From assembly GCF_040215525.1 (NCBI RefSeq), contig NZ_CP157955.1: a DNA stretch of 24,000 nt; one strand, written 5' to 3'. Each line of letters starts with the position of its first letter. The stretch's first letter is position 1. Source of the DNA: Escherichia coli. Lineage in GTDB: Bacteria; Pseudomonadota; Gammaproteobacteria; Enterobacterales; Enterobacteriaceae. This document shows, piece after piece, positions 1-11,850 of the stretch. The notes below the pieces were generated by a model that saw nothing but the letters and a program-made list of their open reading frames with translations, ran no database searches and was not told the DNA's origin. Both the position numbers and the translations under genes were made by a program.

Positions 1-2042
<2,042 letters not shown>

Positions 2043-2046
<4 letters not shown>

Positions 2047-2987
2047 GCGTGCGCTCCTTCATGACGACGAATACGCGGGTCCAGCGCGGCGTTGAGCAAA
2101 TCGACAATCAAATTACAGACCACAAAAACCACCACCATCATCAGCGTAAAGCATTGGATCACTGGATAGTCACGGTTAAAAATCGCCGACACCGCATAGC
2201 GCCCGACGCCCGGCCAGGCAAAGATGTTTTCGATAATCATCGTCCCGCCAATCAGTTCGCCAATGTGCATCCCCACGGCGGTGATCATCGGCAGCGAGGC
2301 ATTGCGCAGGATGTGGCGGCGTTCGGTCTGTTTGTCGTTCAGGCCGCGCAGTCGCGCCCAGGTCACATGACGCTGACCGGCGACGTCCAGCATACTGGCG
2401 CGCAGCAGACGCGCGTTAATCGCCAGCGACATAAAAGCGATGGAAACCGCAGGCAAAATGATGTGCTGCCAGCCGCCGTAACCCATCGCGGGCAGCCATT
2501 GCAGATACACTGAAAATGCCATCACCAGTAAAAACGCCAACCAGAAGTTAGGCATCGACACGCCAAGAAACGCGATAAAACGCACGGCGAAATCCGGCAG
2601 GCGGTCGCGATGGCGCGCCGCCCAGATGCCGAGCGGCACGGAAGTGAGCAGAATTAATACCAGCGCCGCACCCGCCAGCTCCAGCGTGGCGGGCAGGAAG
2701 GTCAGCATATCGTCCAGCACCGGGCGTTGGCTGGCGAATGAGATACCAAAGTCAAGATGCAGCGCTTTCCACAACCAGGTTCCGTACTGCACGTACAACG
2801 GCTGATCCAGCCCCAGCATGGTGCGGGTAGAAGCCAGCATTTCCGGCGTCGGCGGCAGGTTAGACAGACGCAGATAATCGAGCGCCGGGTCGCCGGTGCC
2901 GAGGCGCAGCATCAGAAAAATGATCACCGAGGCGGCGAGCACCATCGGGATCAGCAGCAGAAAGCGGCGTAATACATAACGCAACAT
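2043..2987 (-). CDS. nikB: Nickel ABC transporter permease NikB
   Basis: 314-aa DppB/OppB-type permease ORF ([29 protein letters not shown]...); 4-bp overlap with nikC. Confidence 0.97.
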
Positions 2988-4561
2988 TAAGGTTTCACCG
3001 GTTTAATCTGTTCGAACGGGATTTCGGTGGCGATCGGCGCGTAGGGGATGTTACCCAGTTCCGGTTTTGAAACCACCATCATTGAGATATAGCTGATGGG
3101 CAGATAAACCGCCTCGTTATGCAGACGGGTCAGAATGTCGCGATACAGTGCCTGACGTTGTGTTTCGTCGTGTGTCGCCAGCACTTCGCCAATCTCTTTA
3201 TCAATCAGTGGCTTGTCGGCTAAACCTTGCTGTGCCTGGAAGTCAGCGTGCGACGGTACGCGCATTGAACTCAGGAAGGCGTGTGGATCGTATGGCGCGC
3301 CCCAGGTACGGTGGAAAATCATGCCAAAACGACCGTCGCGCTGACGAGCATAGATACTGCTCTCTTCTTCGCCGATCAGCGTGACATCCGCGCCAATCTG
3401 GCGCATATCAGCCTGAATGATTTCGGCCATTGATTTGCTTAACGCATCGGTGCCGATGAACGACAGTTCAATGCGCAGCGGCTGACCATTTTTCTCGCGG
3501 ATGTCTTTGCCTGCGGGCAGCGTCCAGCCTGCTTGTTCCAGCAACGCTTTTGCTTTCTGCGGATCGTACTGGCGCGGTTTCAGGCCGAGATTGGCATAGG
3601 GCACGGAAGGGGCAAACAGGGTGTCGGCGACCTGCTGGGTGCCATACAACGCGTTATCGATCAGCGATTTTTTGTTTACCGCGTAATTAAGAGCTTCACG
3701 GACTGCCAGCTCGTTGGTGGGGGCTTTGGCAGTATTGAGCGCCAGCATCACGGTTTCGATCGGCTGTGACAGTTGGGTGTGGTAAGCCGAGTTCTGGCTA
3801 AAGCGGGCGAAGGTATCGAGCGGTAATAGCCCTTCATTACCGTATAGTAGATCGATATCGCCGGTTTCAAACGCTACTGCGCGGGTAGTCGGGTCTGGGA
3901 TGACGTTAAAAGTGATCTTCTTAATCGCCGGCTTTTCGCCCCAGTAGTTTTCGTTACGGACGAAGACATCGTACTGATTCAGTTTCGATTCCTGCAAAAC
4001 CCACGGCCCGGTGCCAATCGGCGCTTTAATCCCATTCATGGTTTCATGGTTTTTAAACTGCGAGGGGGCGATAAAGCGGAAAGGACGGGGCAGGGCCAGT
4101 TCTTGCAGGAAAGGGTAGTAGGCGCTTTTCAGGGTGATTTGCAGCTCGGTTTTACTGAGAGCTTTGACATCAACAATCTGGTTTGCCAGCTCCAGCCAGG
4201 CGTGACGTTGACGGTTGTCGAGCACAGCGCGGAAGTTTTCTGCCGCGGCCTCTGCATCAAACGGTTCACCGTTAGAGAATTTCACATCATCACGCAGGGT
4301 GAAGGTCCAGGTTTTGCCATCTTCTGAATGGGTCCAGCTTTTTGCCAGCCACGGGATCACCGAACCGTCTGCCTGATATTTCACCAGTGGTTCATAAACC
4401 ATGCTCTGGGCGAACATTTGGTTAGGCGTGTAAAGGTGCGGGTTTAGTGGCCCGACATTCACCGGCCAGGCGGTGGTGATTTCATCTGGTGCAGCGGCAT
4501 GGACGATAAAAGACGCACAAGCCAGCAGCGCAAATAGAGTGCGGCGGAGTGTAGAGAACAT
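2987..4561 (-). CDS. nikA: Periplasmic nickel-binding protein NikA
   Basis: 524-aa ORF with signal peptide ([39 protein letters not shown]) and SBP family 5 features; first gene of nikABCDE. Confidence 0.98.
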   Translation of the reverse strand: MFSTLRRTLFALLACASFIVHAAAPDEITTAWPVNVGPLNPHLYTPNQMFAQSMVYEPLVKYQADGSVIPWLAKSWTHSEDGKTWTFTLRDDVKFSNGEPFDAEAAAENFRAVLDNRQRHAWLELANQIVDVKALSKTELQITLKSAYYPFLQELALPRPFRFIAPSQFKNHETMNGIKAPIGTGPWVLQESKLNQYDVFVRNENYWGEKPAIKKITFNVIPDPTTRAVAFETGDIDLLYGNEGLLPLDTFARFSQNSAYHTQLSQPIETVMLALNTAKAPTNELAVREALNYAVNKKSLIDNALYGTQQVADTLFAPSVPYANLGLKPRQYDPQKAKALLEQAGWTLPAGKDIREKNGQPLRIELSFIGTDALSKSMAEIIQADMRQIGADVTLIGEEESSIYARQRDGRFGMIFHRTWGAPYDPHAFLSSMRVPSHADFQAQQGLADKPLIDKEIGEVLATHDETQRQALYRDILTRLHNEAVYLPISYISMMVVSKPELGNIPYAPIATEIPFEQIKPVKP

Positions 4562-4598
4562 GGTAACCCCAATGGATTAAAATAGATGGCGGAAATAA

Positions 4599-4626
4599 GT
4601 ATGACGATTTTAAGTATTCGTCATAC
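4599..4626. promoter_or_regulatory. NikR operator (GTATGA-N16-TCATAC)
   Basis: Sequence GTATGACGATTTTAAGTATTCGTCATAC is an inverted repeat matching the known E. coli NikR operator, located 38 bp upstream of nikA. Confidence 0.92.
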
Positions 4627-4633
4627 TGATTAC

Positions 4634-4647
4634 CTGTTCTGGATCAA
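4634..4647 (-). promoter_or_regulatory. Candidate FNR half-match upstream of nikA (TTGATCCAGAACAG on minus strand)
   Basis: TTGAT half-site is exact and the second half-site is degenerate; FNR activation of nikA is established knowledge. Confidence 0.5.
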
Positions 4648-4671
4648 TAGATGGGCAGTCGGGTGGGCGGA

Positions 4672-5259
4672 TCAGTTAACTGAATCGATCCATTGCACAC
4701 TGTCGGCGGTGAGCGTAAAGGGGGTAGGGGTGCAGATCGCCAGGCTTAAATTTTCTAGCTGACAATGGCTGACTGACAGCGAGGAGTTATAGGTGCTGTC
4801 TACGCTGACGATTTGCCAGGCGCTGCCGCCACGCTGTTTAACGATGGCTTCTTTGCGCGTCCAGATGCGCCAGAACATTTCCAGTTGCTGATCAGGATGC
4901 ACGGCGTCCATCTCGGCATGTTCCCCAAGGCTGAATACGGCGTTCGCCAGCCAGCGCCAGTTGGCGCGCGGGCGAATCACTTCGATATCGCAGCCGACTT
5001 CGCCTTCATCGCTCAACAGCAGGGCGATATCGTCACCGCTATGGCTTAAGTTGAACCATAGCGGCGTTTCCGGCGCGAATGCAGGTTTGCCTTGTTCGCC
5101 ATAGATGATCTCCGGTAGCGGGGAAAGCGTGTGCGAAAGCAATGCACGCCCCGCCAGCCAGCGTTCGCGTCGTGGACCTTGCGGTGCTTGCTCGCGTAAA
5201 CCCGGTGGCAGAGGAGCTGCGCTTAAGGTCGAAACTTTCCCCAGAACTATCCGATACAT
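4672..5259 (-). CDS. acpT: 4'-phosphopantetheinyl transferase AcpT (YhhU)
   Basis: 195-aa ORF with PPTase motifs (FNLSHSGDDIALLLS, GCDIE, FWRIWTRKEAIVK). Confidence 0.95.
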   Translation of the reverse strand: MYRIVLGKVSTLSAAPLPPGLREQAPQGPRRERWLAGRALLSHTLSPLPEIIYGEQGKPAFAPETPLWFNLSHSGDDIALLLSDEGEVGCDIEVIRPRANWRWLANAVFSLGEHAEMDAVHPDQQLEMFWRIWTRKEAIVKQRGGSAWQIVSVDSTYNSSLSVSHCQLENLSLAICTPTPFTLTADSVQWIDSVN

Positions 5260-5313
5260 ATCAGGGCCAACGTTTAATGGAAAATGAAAGTGCGTATCGT
5301 AACACTTGTCGCC

Positions 5314-6363
5314 TCATCCCGGTAATCGACTTTTCGGTCTGCCCGGTCCCAGTAAAATCGCCAGTTTGCTACCGCCTTTGGTGGTTTCCATCCAGATTTT
5401 ACACACGCTGGTTAATGGTACCGAAAGTAGCATCCCTACCGGGCCGAGCAGCCATCCCCAAATTAACAATGAAAGAAATACCACCATGGTGGACATCCCC
5501 AGGCGATGGCCCATCATCCGTGGTTCTAAAATATTGCCGATGACCATATGGACCACTAAAAACAATGCGCCGACCAGAATACATTCGTAAACGCCATTAA
5601 ACAGCAGCACCTGAATCATTGGCGGTACGGCGGAAATTACCGCGCCGATATTGGGCACGTAGTTGAGCAAAAACGCCAGTACTGCCCACATCAGCGCAAA
5701 CTGTACGCCCATTAGCGCCAGCCCCAGCCAGACGATTACGCCTGTCCATAAACTTAGCAGTGTCTTCAATGCAAGATAGTGCGAAACACCTTTTAAGGCG
5801 CGGTGTAGTCCGGCGATGTGAATCTGTGGATTATTCAACGCAAAACGCATTTTGTAAGGGACGTGGCGCACTTCAAACAGCATGAAAACTACGGTCATCA
5901 CCAGCAAAAGCACGCTCGCCATTGCCCCGGAAAGCCCGGTCATTAGCGCCGTGGTGAAGGTAACCATTTTTTCCGAGTCCATCCGCTGCAGTATTCGCTC
6001 CGGCGACATATGCAAATTAAGAAAAGGCAACATCTCCTGCAATTTAAAAAGTTTGCGCGTCAGCTCCTTATTAAACTTCGGCAGCATAGAGATAAATTCG
6101 TTAAACGATGCCGCCAGTACGCCGACCAGCGCGGTTAGTGCGATCAGCATCACCACCACCACAATCGTAATGGCAACGGGGCGTTGTACTCCCCGACGAA
6201 TAAACCAGGTGACGAGCGGGTTGAGGACGATGGCAAAAAACAGCGCCAGTAACAGCTGCACAATGATATCTGCCGCTGCGTGAATTCCCGCGAGGATCAC
6301 CACCAGCGAGGCCAGCTTGAGCAGAATGTGCATGCCCGTTTTATCGGGTTGAGGGGTTTCCAT
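5314..6363 (-). CDS. yhhT: AI-2E family putative permease/inner membrane protein YhhT
   Basis: 349-aa product beginning METPQPDKTGMHILLKLASLVVIL; ORF track extends it to 6444 but the CAT at 6361-6363 fits the known N-terminus. Confidence 0.9.
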   Translation of the reverse strand: METPQPDKTGMHILLKLASLVVILAGIHAAADIIVQLLLALFFAIVLNPLVTWFIRRGVQRPVAITIVVVVMLIALTALVGVLAASFNEFISMLPKFNKELTRKLFKLQEMLPFLNLHMSPERILQRMDSEKMVTFTTALMTGLSGAMASVLLLVMTVVFMLFEVRHVPYKMRFALNNPQIHIAGLHRALKGVSHYLALKTLLSLWTGVIVWLGLALMGVQFALMWAVLAFLLNYVPNIGAVISAVPPMIQVLLFNGVYECILVGALFLVVHMVIGNILEPRMMGHRLGMSTMVVFLSLLIWGWLLGPVGMLLSVPLTSVCKIWMETTKGGSKLAILLGPGRPKSRLPG

Positions 6364-6494
6364 TGGGGCTTCCTTGTGACTTTTTGTATTAAGTGTAGCG
6401 GGAGTCACGCCAGCAATATTCTGATTCTTACTGCTGATTTTCACGTCAGCACGTGGTAAAAATGAAACACTGTTGTAAAAATGTGGTGATCCTC

Positions 6495-7712
6495 ATGCCC
6501 GAACCCGTAGCTGAACCCGCGCTAAACGGATTGCGCCTGAATTTGCGCATTGTCTCCATTGTCATGTTTAACTTCGCCAGCTACCTCACCATCGGGTTGC
6601 CGCTCGCTGTATTACCGGGCTATGTCCATGATGTGATGGGCTTTAGCGCTTTCTGGGCAGGATTGGTTATCAGCCTGCAATATTTCGCCACCTTGCTGAG
6701 CCGCCCTCATGCCGGACGTTACGCCGATTTGCTGGGACCCAAAAAGATTGTCGTCTTCGGTTTATGCGGCTGCTTTTTGAGCGGTTTGGGGTATCTGACG
6801 GCAGGATTAACCGCCAGTCTGCCCGTCATCAGCCTGTTATTACTGTGCCTGGGGCGCGTGATCCTTGGGATTGGGCAAAGTTTTGCCGGAACGGGATCGA
6901 CCCTATGGGGCGTTGGCGTGGTTGGTTCGCTGCATATCGGGCGGGTGATTTCGTGGAACGGCATTGTCACTTACGGGGCGATGGCGATGGGTGCGCCGTT
7001 AGGTGTCGTGTTTTATCACTGGGGCGGCTTGCAGGCGTTAGCGTTAATCATTATGGGCGTGGCGCTGGTGGCCATTTTGTTGGCGATCCCGCGTCCGACG
7101 GTAAAAGCCAGTAAAGGCAAACCGCTGCCGTTTCGCGCGGTGCTTGGGCGCGTCTGGCTGTACGGTATGGCGCTGGCACTGGCTTCCGCCGGATTTGGCG
7201 TTATCGCCACCTTTATCACGCTGTTTTATGACGCTAAAGGTTGGGACGGTGCGGCTTTCGCGCTGACGCTGTTTAGCTGTGCGTTTGTCGGTACGCGTTT
7301 GTTATTTCCTAACGGCATTAACCGTATCGGCGGCTTAAACGTGGCGATGATTTGCTTTAGCGTTGAGATAATCGGCCTGCTACTGGTTGGCGTGGCGACT
7401 ATGCCGTGGATGGCGAAAATCGGCGTCTTACTCGCGGGGGCGGGGTTTTCGCTGGTGTTCCCGGCATTGGGCGTAGTGGCGGTAAAAGCGGTTCCGCAGC
7501 AAAATCAGGGGGCGGCGCTGGCAACTTACACCGTATTTATGGATTTATCGCTTGGCGTGACCGGACCACTGGCTGGGCTGGTGATGAGTTGGGCGGGCGT
7601 CCCGGTGATTTATCTGGCGGCGGCGGGACTGGTCGCAATCGCGTTATTACTGACGTGGCGATTAAAAAAACGGCCTCCGGTGGAAGTACCTGAGGCCATC
7701 TCATCATCTTAA
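6495..7712 (+). CDS. yhhS: Major facilitator superfamily transporter YhhS
   Basis: 405-aa MFS ORF beginning MPEPVAEPALNGLRLNLRIVS; ATG at 6495 preferred over the 6453 start given in the ORF track. Confidence 0.92.
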   Translation: MPEPVAEPALNGLRLNLRIVSIVMFNFASYLTIGLPLAVLPGYVHDVMGFSAFWAGLVISLQYFATLLSRPHAGRYADLLGPKKIVVFGLCGCFLSGLGYLTAGLTASLPVISLLLLCLGRVILGIGQSFAGTGSTLWGVGVVGSLHIGRVISWNGIVTYGAMAMGAPLGVVFYHWGGLQALALIIMGVALVAILLAIPRPTVKASKGKPLPFRAVLGRVWLYGMALALASAGFGVIATFITLFYDAKGWDGAAFALTLFSCAFVGTRLLFPNGINRIGGLNVAMICFSVEIIGLLLVGVATMPWMAKIGVLLAGAGFSLVFPALGVVAVKAVPQQNQGAALATYTVFMDLSLGVTGPLAGLVMSWAGVPVIYLAAAGLVAIALLLTWRLKKRPPVEVPEAISSS

Positions 7713-7715
7713 AAC

Positions 7716-8273
7716 TTACTGAATAACCAGCGTATTAATGATGTTTTCTGCGGTGGTCTGTGCTTTTTGCTGATCGTCAGCGGGCAGCGTAATTTGCATG
7801 GTTAGCAGTTGATTACCCACGTTACCCAGAATAACGGAAGAGTACGCCGTCTGGCCTTTCGCGGAGATAATGCTGTCTAACTGCTGCATTTTGTGACCTT
7901 TCAGCTCAATGGCTTTATTGGTTACCACTTGCAGCTGCGGATCGCGGCTACGTTGCTGATCTTCCAGGCGCTTCGCCAGCACCGCCAGATCTTCTTTCGG
8001 ATCATCGCCCATGATGACGATGACTGCTTTTTGCCCGGTGGCGTCGGACCAGACATGCATGTTATTAGCCTGCGTTCCCAGCTTACCGCTCTGGTCGGTC
8101 ATATCCGCTGGCAGCGAGAAACTTAACTTGCCATCAAGCAGGTTGACGGGATTCCCGGTAGCGTTACTTTCCGCGACTGAACCCTGCGCCGTAGCGTTAG
8201 TGTCTTTATCATCACAGGCCGCAAGCCCCATAACCAGCAGGCCAATTCCGACATATTTAACCAGATTGCGCAT
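7716..8273 (-). CDS. dcrB: Periplasmic/lipoprotein-like protein DcrB
   Basis: 185-aa product with N-terminus [22 protein letters not shown] (lipobox-like LAAC); stop only 3 bp from the convergent yhhS stop. Confidence 0.93.
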
Positions 8274-8345
8274 TGACTTCTTCCTTTCGATAAACGGCCA
8301 TAACGGCTCATTCATCCATCTTATCACAACTCTGATAACGAACCT

Positions 8346-9011
8346 TTAACTCGCCTGCAAAGCGTTGATTTCGGATTTATCTGCCAGTCTTTTCAACAGC
8401 ATATTGAGTAATACGCCATACATTGGCAGGAAGAAAACGATACTGATTAACACTTTGAAACAGTAATCGACCAGCGCGATTTCCATCCAGTGTTCAGCCA
8501 TAAAGGCATCCGGGCTACGCCAGAAGGCAATGAAGAAGAAGGCCAGCGTGTCGCTGACGTTACCAAACAGGGTGGAAGCCGTCGGTGCCAGCCACCAGCG
8601 ACGACTCTGACGCAGGCGGTTAAAAACGTGCACGTCGAGGATTTGCCCCAGCGCGTAGGCCATGAAACTGGCGGTGGCGATACGGGCGACAAACAGGTTG
8701 AAGTGGGCGAGCGCGCCGAATCCCTGCCAGGAACCCATATAGAACAGCGACGAGATGACGTAGGAGATCAGTAACGCCGGGATCATCACCGCAAAGATGA
8801 TACGACGGGCCAGCGGTGCGCCAAAAATACGCACAGTCAGGTCGGTAGCAAGGAAAATAAACGGAAAGCTAAACGCGCCCCAGGTGGTATGGAAACCAAA
8901 AATGGATACGGGAAGCTGAACCAGATAGTTACTGGAGGTGATCACCAGAAGATGAAATAACGATAACCAGAACAACGCCTTATAGCGTTGAGTTTGCGAG
9001 AAAACGTTCAT
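8346..9011 (-). CDS. yhhQ: Queuosine precursor transporter YhhQ (VUT family)
   Basis: 221-aa multi-span membrane ORF (MNVFSQTQRYKALFWLSLFHLLVITSSNYLVQ...). Confidence 0.93.
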   Translation of the reverse strand: MNVFSQTQRYKALFWLSLFHLLVITSSNYLVQLPVSIFGFHTTWGAFSFPFIFLATDLTVRIFGAPLARRIIFAVMIPALLISYVISSLFYMGSWQGFGALAHFNLFVARIATASFMAYALGQILDVHVFNRLRQSRRWWLAPTASTLFGNVSDTLAFFFIAFWRSPDAFMAEHWMEIALVDYCFKVLISIVFFLPMYGVLLNMLLKRLADKSEINALQAS

Positions 9012-9173
9012 ATTGTACCTTTTTGATTAACCATTGGGGTGAGGGAACCCAATACGTACGACACGTCTGTTACCTTAACATAATAACGTGCTGACCCTTT
9101 TTTCGAGCCGCCGCATGATACTGCTTTACGTTAACAATGCAATGGTTAATTTTCACGCAATCGTTAACCTGGT

Positions 9174-9201
9174 TTGCTTACGGACTCACAGGGCGTAAAC
9201 T
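9174..9201 (+). promoter_or_regulatory. Candidate tusA promoter (TTGCTT-N16-TAAACT)
   Basis: -35-like TTGCTT at 9174-9179 and -10-like TAAACT at 9196-9201, about 30 bp upstream of the tusA ATG. Confidence 0.5.
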
Positions 9202-9231
9202 AGCGCCGTTTTTTTATGTGATGAGAAGAAA

Positions 9232-9477
9232 ATGACCGATCTCTTTTCCAGCCCTGACCACACACTCGACGCACTTGGCCTGCGCTGCCCGGAACCAGTA
9301 ATGATGGTGCGCAAAACAGTGCGCAATATGCAGCCAGGTGAAACGTTGCTGATTATTGCTGACGATCCGGCGACGACCCGCGATATTCCTGGGTTTTGTA
9401 CCTTTATGGAACACGAACTGGTTGCGAAAGAGACGGATGGACTGCCTTATCGTTATTTGATTCGTAAAGGCGGTTGA
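9232..9477 (+). CDS. tusA: Sulfurtransferase TusA (tRNA 2-thiouridine pathway; formerly SirA/YhhP)
   Basis: 81-aa ORF with conserved [20 protein letters not shown] (CPxP motif). Confidence 0.97.
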
Positions 9478-9508
9478 TGGGGGAAGATTGGCTTCGATGC
9501 CGCCTTTT

Positions 9509-9545
9509 CCCCTCACCCTAACCCTCTCCCCAGAGGAGCGAGGGG
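9509..9545. repeat. Intergenic inverted-repeat element (CCCCTC...GAGGGG)
   Basis: CCCCTCACCCTAACCCTCTCCCCAGAGGAGCGAGGGG; 6-bp terminal inverted repeat plus internal complementarity; resembles a sequence type dispersed in enterobacterial intergenic regions. Confidence 0.45.
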
Positions 9546-9546
9546 A

Positions 9547-9580
9547 CCGATCGCGCTCAATGTTGCGATCGGTTTGCCTT
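9547..9580. terminator. Candidate terminator between tusA and zntA (convergent genes)
   Basis: Stem CCGATCGC (9547-9554) / GCGATCGG (9565-9572), 10-nt loop, followed by TTTGCCTT. Confidence 0.6.
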
Positions 9581-11777
9581 ATTTCCTGCGCAACAGCCTT
9601 AACGCATTCGCCGTCACCAGCACCGTCGCACCCGTATCTGCCAGCACCGCCAGCCACAGTCCGGTCATCCCTAACAGCGTCGTGACGAGGAAAACGCCTT
9701 TCAGCCCCAGCGCAATAGTGATGTTCTGGCGGATATTGGCGTGAGTGGCGCGTGCCAGTTCAATCATTTGCACCAGACCGCGCAGGTGGTTATGGGTTAA
9801 TGCTGCATCGGCGGTTTCCAGCGCCACGTCTGTGCCGCTACCCATTGCAATCCCGATGGCGGCAGCTTTCATCGCTGGCGCGTCGTTAATACCATCACCG
9901 ACCATCGCCAGCGGCGCATGTTGATTCAGCTCGGTCACCGCTTTGACTTTATCTTCCGGCAACAGGCCCGCTTTAAACTCCAGCCCCAACTCCCCGGCAA
10001 TTGCCGCCGCTGCGCGTGGATTATCGCCGGTGAGGATCACCCCTTTGACGCCCAGCGCGTTCAGTTCACTGATAGCAGTTGCAGCATCGGCGCGTAGAGT
10101 ATCCTGCAATGCAATGATACCCAGCACGTCATCGTTACGTACTACCAGCACTACCGTTTGCCCGGCGCTTTCCAGTTCGTTAATTAAACCAGCAAATGCA
10201 TCAGCGGGATGTTTCCCGGCAGCGCATATCAACACGCGCTCACCGTTAACCTGCGCTTCAATGCCAGACCCGACCAGCGCCCGCTGTGATTGGGCGGTGG
10301 GAATGGCGAGTTCAGCAATCTGTGCTTCGCGCACAATGGCCTGTGCCAGTGGATGCGTCGCGCCTTGCTCGACCGCCGCCGCCAGTGTCAGCAGTTCAGA
10401 TTCACTAATACCCGTTGCCGGATGAATCGCGGTAACGCGCGGTTTACCGACGGTCAGCGTACCGGTTTTATCAAACGCCACCTGGGTAACACGACCCAGC
10501 TGCTCCAGCGCCGCGCCGCCTTTAATCAACGCCCCACGACGCGCTGCTGCCGCCAGCCCGGAGGTAATCGCCGCGGGCGTGGAGATAACTAAAGCACACG
10601 GGCAACCAATCAGCAGCAGCGTCAGCCCTTTATAAATCCACTCTTGCCAGCTGGCGGCAAACAGCAGCGGCGGCACCAGCGTTACCAGCAGGGCGACGGC
10701 CATAATCGCTGGCGTATAAATACGGCTGAAGCGGTCGATAAACCGCTCAATGGGCGCGCGGCGCTCTTCGGCTTCTTCGATCAGTTTCAGAATCCGGTCA
10801 ATGGCGCTGGCACCCGGTTCTGACAGCACTTCCAGCGTTACCAGACGATCTACGCTGGTGGCTCCTGCAGGAACTTTATCGCCCGTCGCGCGCTCCACAG
10901 GAATGGATTCTCCGGTCAGGGCGCTTTCATCAAAACTGGCAAACGGTGAGAGCAGTTTACCGTCGGCAGGCAAACGCCCACCTGCGGCGACTTCAATCAC
11001 ATCGCCAGGCCGCAGGCTGTTAATCGCCACCTCTTCACGCTCACCGTTACTCAGACGCGTGGCGGTTTCTGGCTTCAGCGCCATTAACGCGCTAACGCCC
11101 TGACGCGCGCGGCTGGCGGCCCAGCCTTCCAGTCGTTCACCAATCAAAAACAGCAGCAACACCATCGCAGCTTCAGCCGTTGCGCCAATAAACAGCGCCC
11201 CAATAGCGGCTATGCTCATTAAGGTTTCAATGGCGAAGTAGCTGCCGGATTTGATCAGCCGTAATGCCTGACGAGCAATCGGGTACAGCCCAACCAGCGT
11301 GGTCGCGATAAACGCCAGTTGCCCGAACGGATGATTGAACTGCTCCAGACCCCAGCTGATTGCCATCATCACGATTAGCGTAATCAGCGGCAGATTCTCT
11401 TTCAGGCGTGATGCTTGTTGTTCGTCGGCGGCCTGTTCATCGCGCAGGGAATAGCCCGCTTTTTGCACCGCAGATTCAACCTGGGCACGGATGTCATTGT
11501 CGGCATCGACTACCAGTTTTTCGGTGGCGAACAACACCTGCACCTGATTCACGCCTGCAAGCTGGCGCACGGCATTTTCTACCTTGCGCGCACAGGCGGC
11601 GCAGTCCATGCCGCTGACTTTCCAGCTATAGCGGGTGCCGGAGACGTTTTCAGAGAGCGTTGGCGTGCTGGAACATGCGCCGTCGCAGCAACAGTCGTTG
11701 GCGTTCTGTACCGTGGTTAGCGGTTTGAACGCAGCAAATTGAGGGGCTTTCTTGCCGTGATTGTCAGGAGTCGACAT
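9579..11777 (-). CDS. zntA: Zn(II)/Cd(II)/Pb(II)-translocating P-type ATPase ZntA
   Basis: 732-aa P1B ATPase with metal-binding GMDCAAC, CPC in TM segment, phosphorylation motif DKTGTLT, and GDGINDAPAM. Confidence 0.98.
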   Translation of the reverse strand: MSTPDNHGKKAPQFAAFKPLTTVQNANDCCCDGACSSTPTLSENVSGTRYSWKVSGMDCAACARKVENAVRQLAGVNQVQVLFATEKLVVDADNDIRAQVESAVQKAGYSLRDEQAADEQQASRLKENLPLITLIVMMAISWGLEQFNHPFGQLAFIATTLVGLYPIARQALRLIKSGSYFAIETLMSIAAIGALFIGATAEAAMVLLLFLIGERLEGWAASRARQGVSALMALKPETATRLSNGEREEVAINSLRPGDVIEVAAGGRLPADGKLLSPFASFDESALTGESIPVERATGDKVPAGATSVDRLVTLEVLSEPGASAIDRILKLIEEAEERRAPIERFIDRFSRIYTPAIMAVALLVTLVPPLLFAASWQEWIYKGLTLLLIGCPCALVISTPAAITSGLAAAARRGALIKGGAALEQLGRVTQVAFDKTGTLTVGKPRVTAIHPATGISESELLTLAAAVEQGATHPLAQAIVREAQIAELAIPTAQSQRALVGSGIEAQVNGERVLICAAGKHPADAFAGLINELESAGQTVVLVVRNDDVLGIIALQDTLRADAATAISELNALGVKGVILTGDNPRAAAAIAGELGLEFKAGLLPEDKVKAVTELNQHAPLAMVGDGINDAPAMKAAAIGIAMGSGTDVALETADAALTHNHLRGLVQMIELARATHANIRQNITIALGLKGVFLVTTLLGMTGLWLAVLADTGATVLVTANALRLLRRK

Positions 11778-11812
11778 GGCATCCTCCGGTTAAGTTTTTT
11801 CTCATTAACCGA

Positions 11813-11844
11813 AGGATACACTCTGGAGTCGACTCCAGAGTCAA
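11813..11844 (-). promoter_or_regulatory. zntA promoter with ZntR (MerR-family) operator
   Basis: Minus strand reads TTGACTCTGGAGTCGACTCCAGAGTGTATCCT: -35 TTGACT (11839-11844), -10 TATCCT (11813-11818), 20-bp spacer occupied by the perfect palindrome ACTCTGGAGTCGACTCCAGAGT (11820-11841). Confidence 0.93.
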
Positions 11845-11850
11845 GTTTTA

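Noticed and set aside
9943-10425. Plus-strand ORFs of 61-160 aa opposite zntA (9943-10425, 10290-10592, 10750-11103, 11408-11617, 11415-11720)
   Set aside because: All antisense to the well-conserved ZntA frame, with low-complexity Ser/Ala/Arg-rich products.
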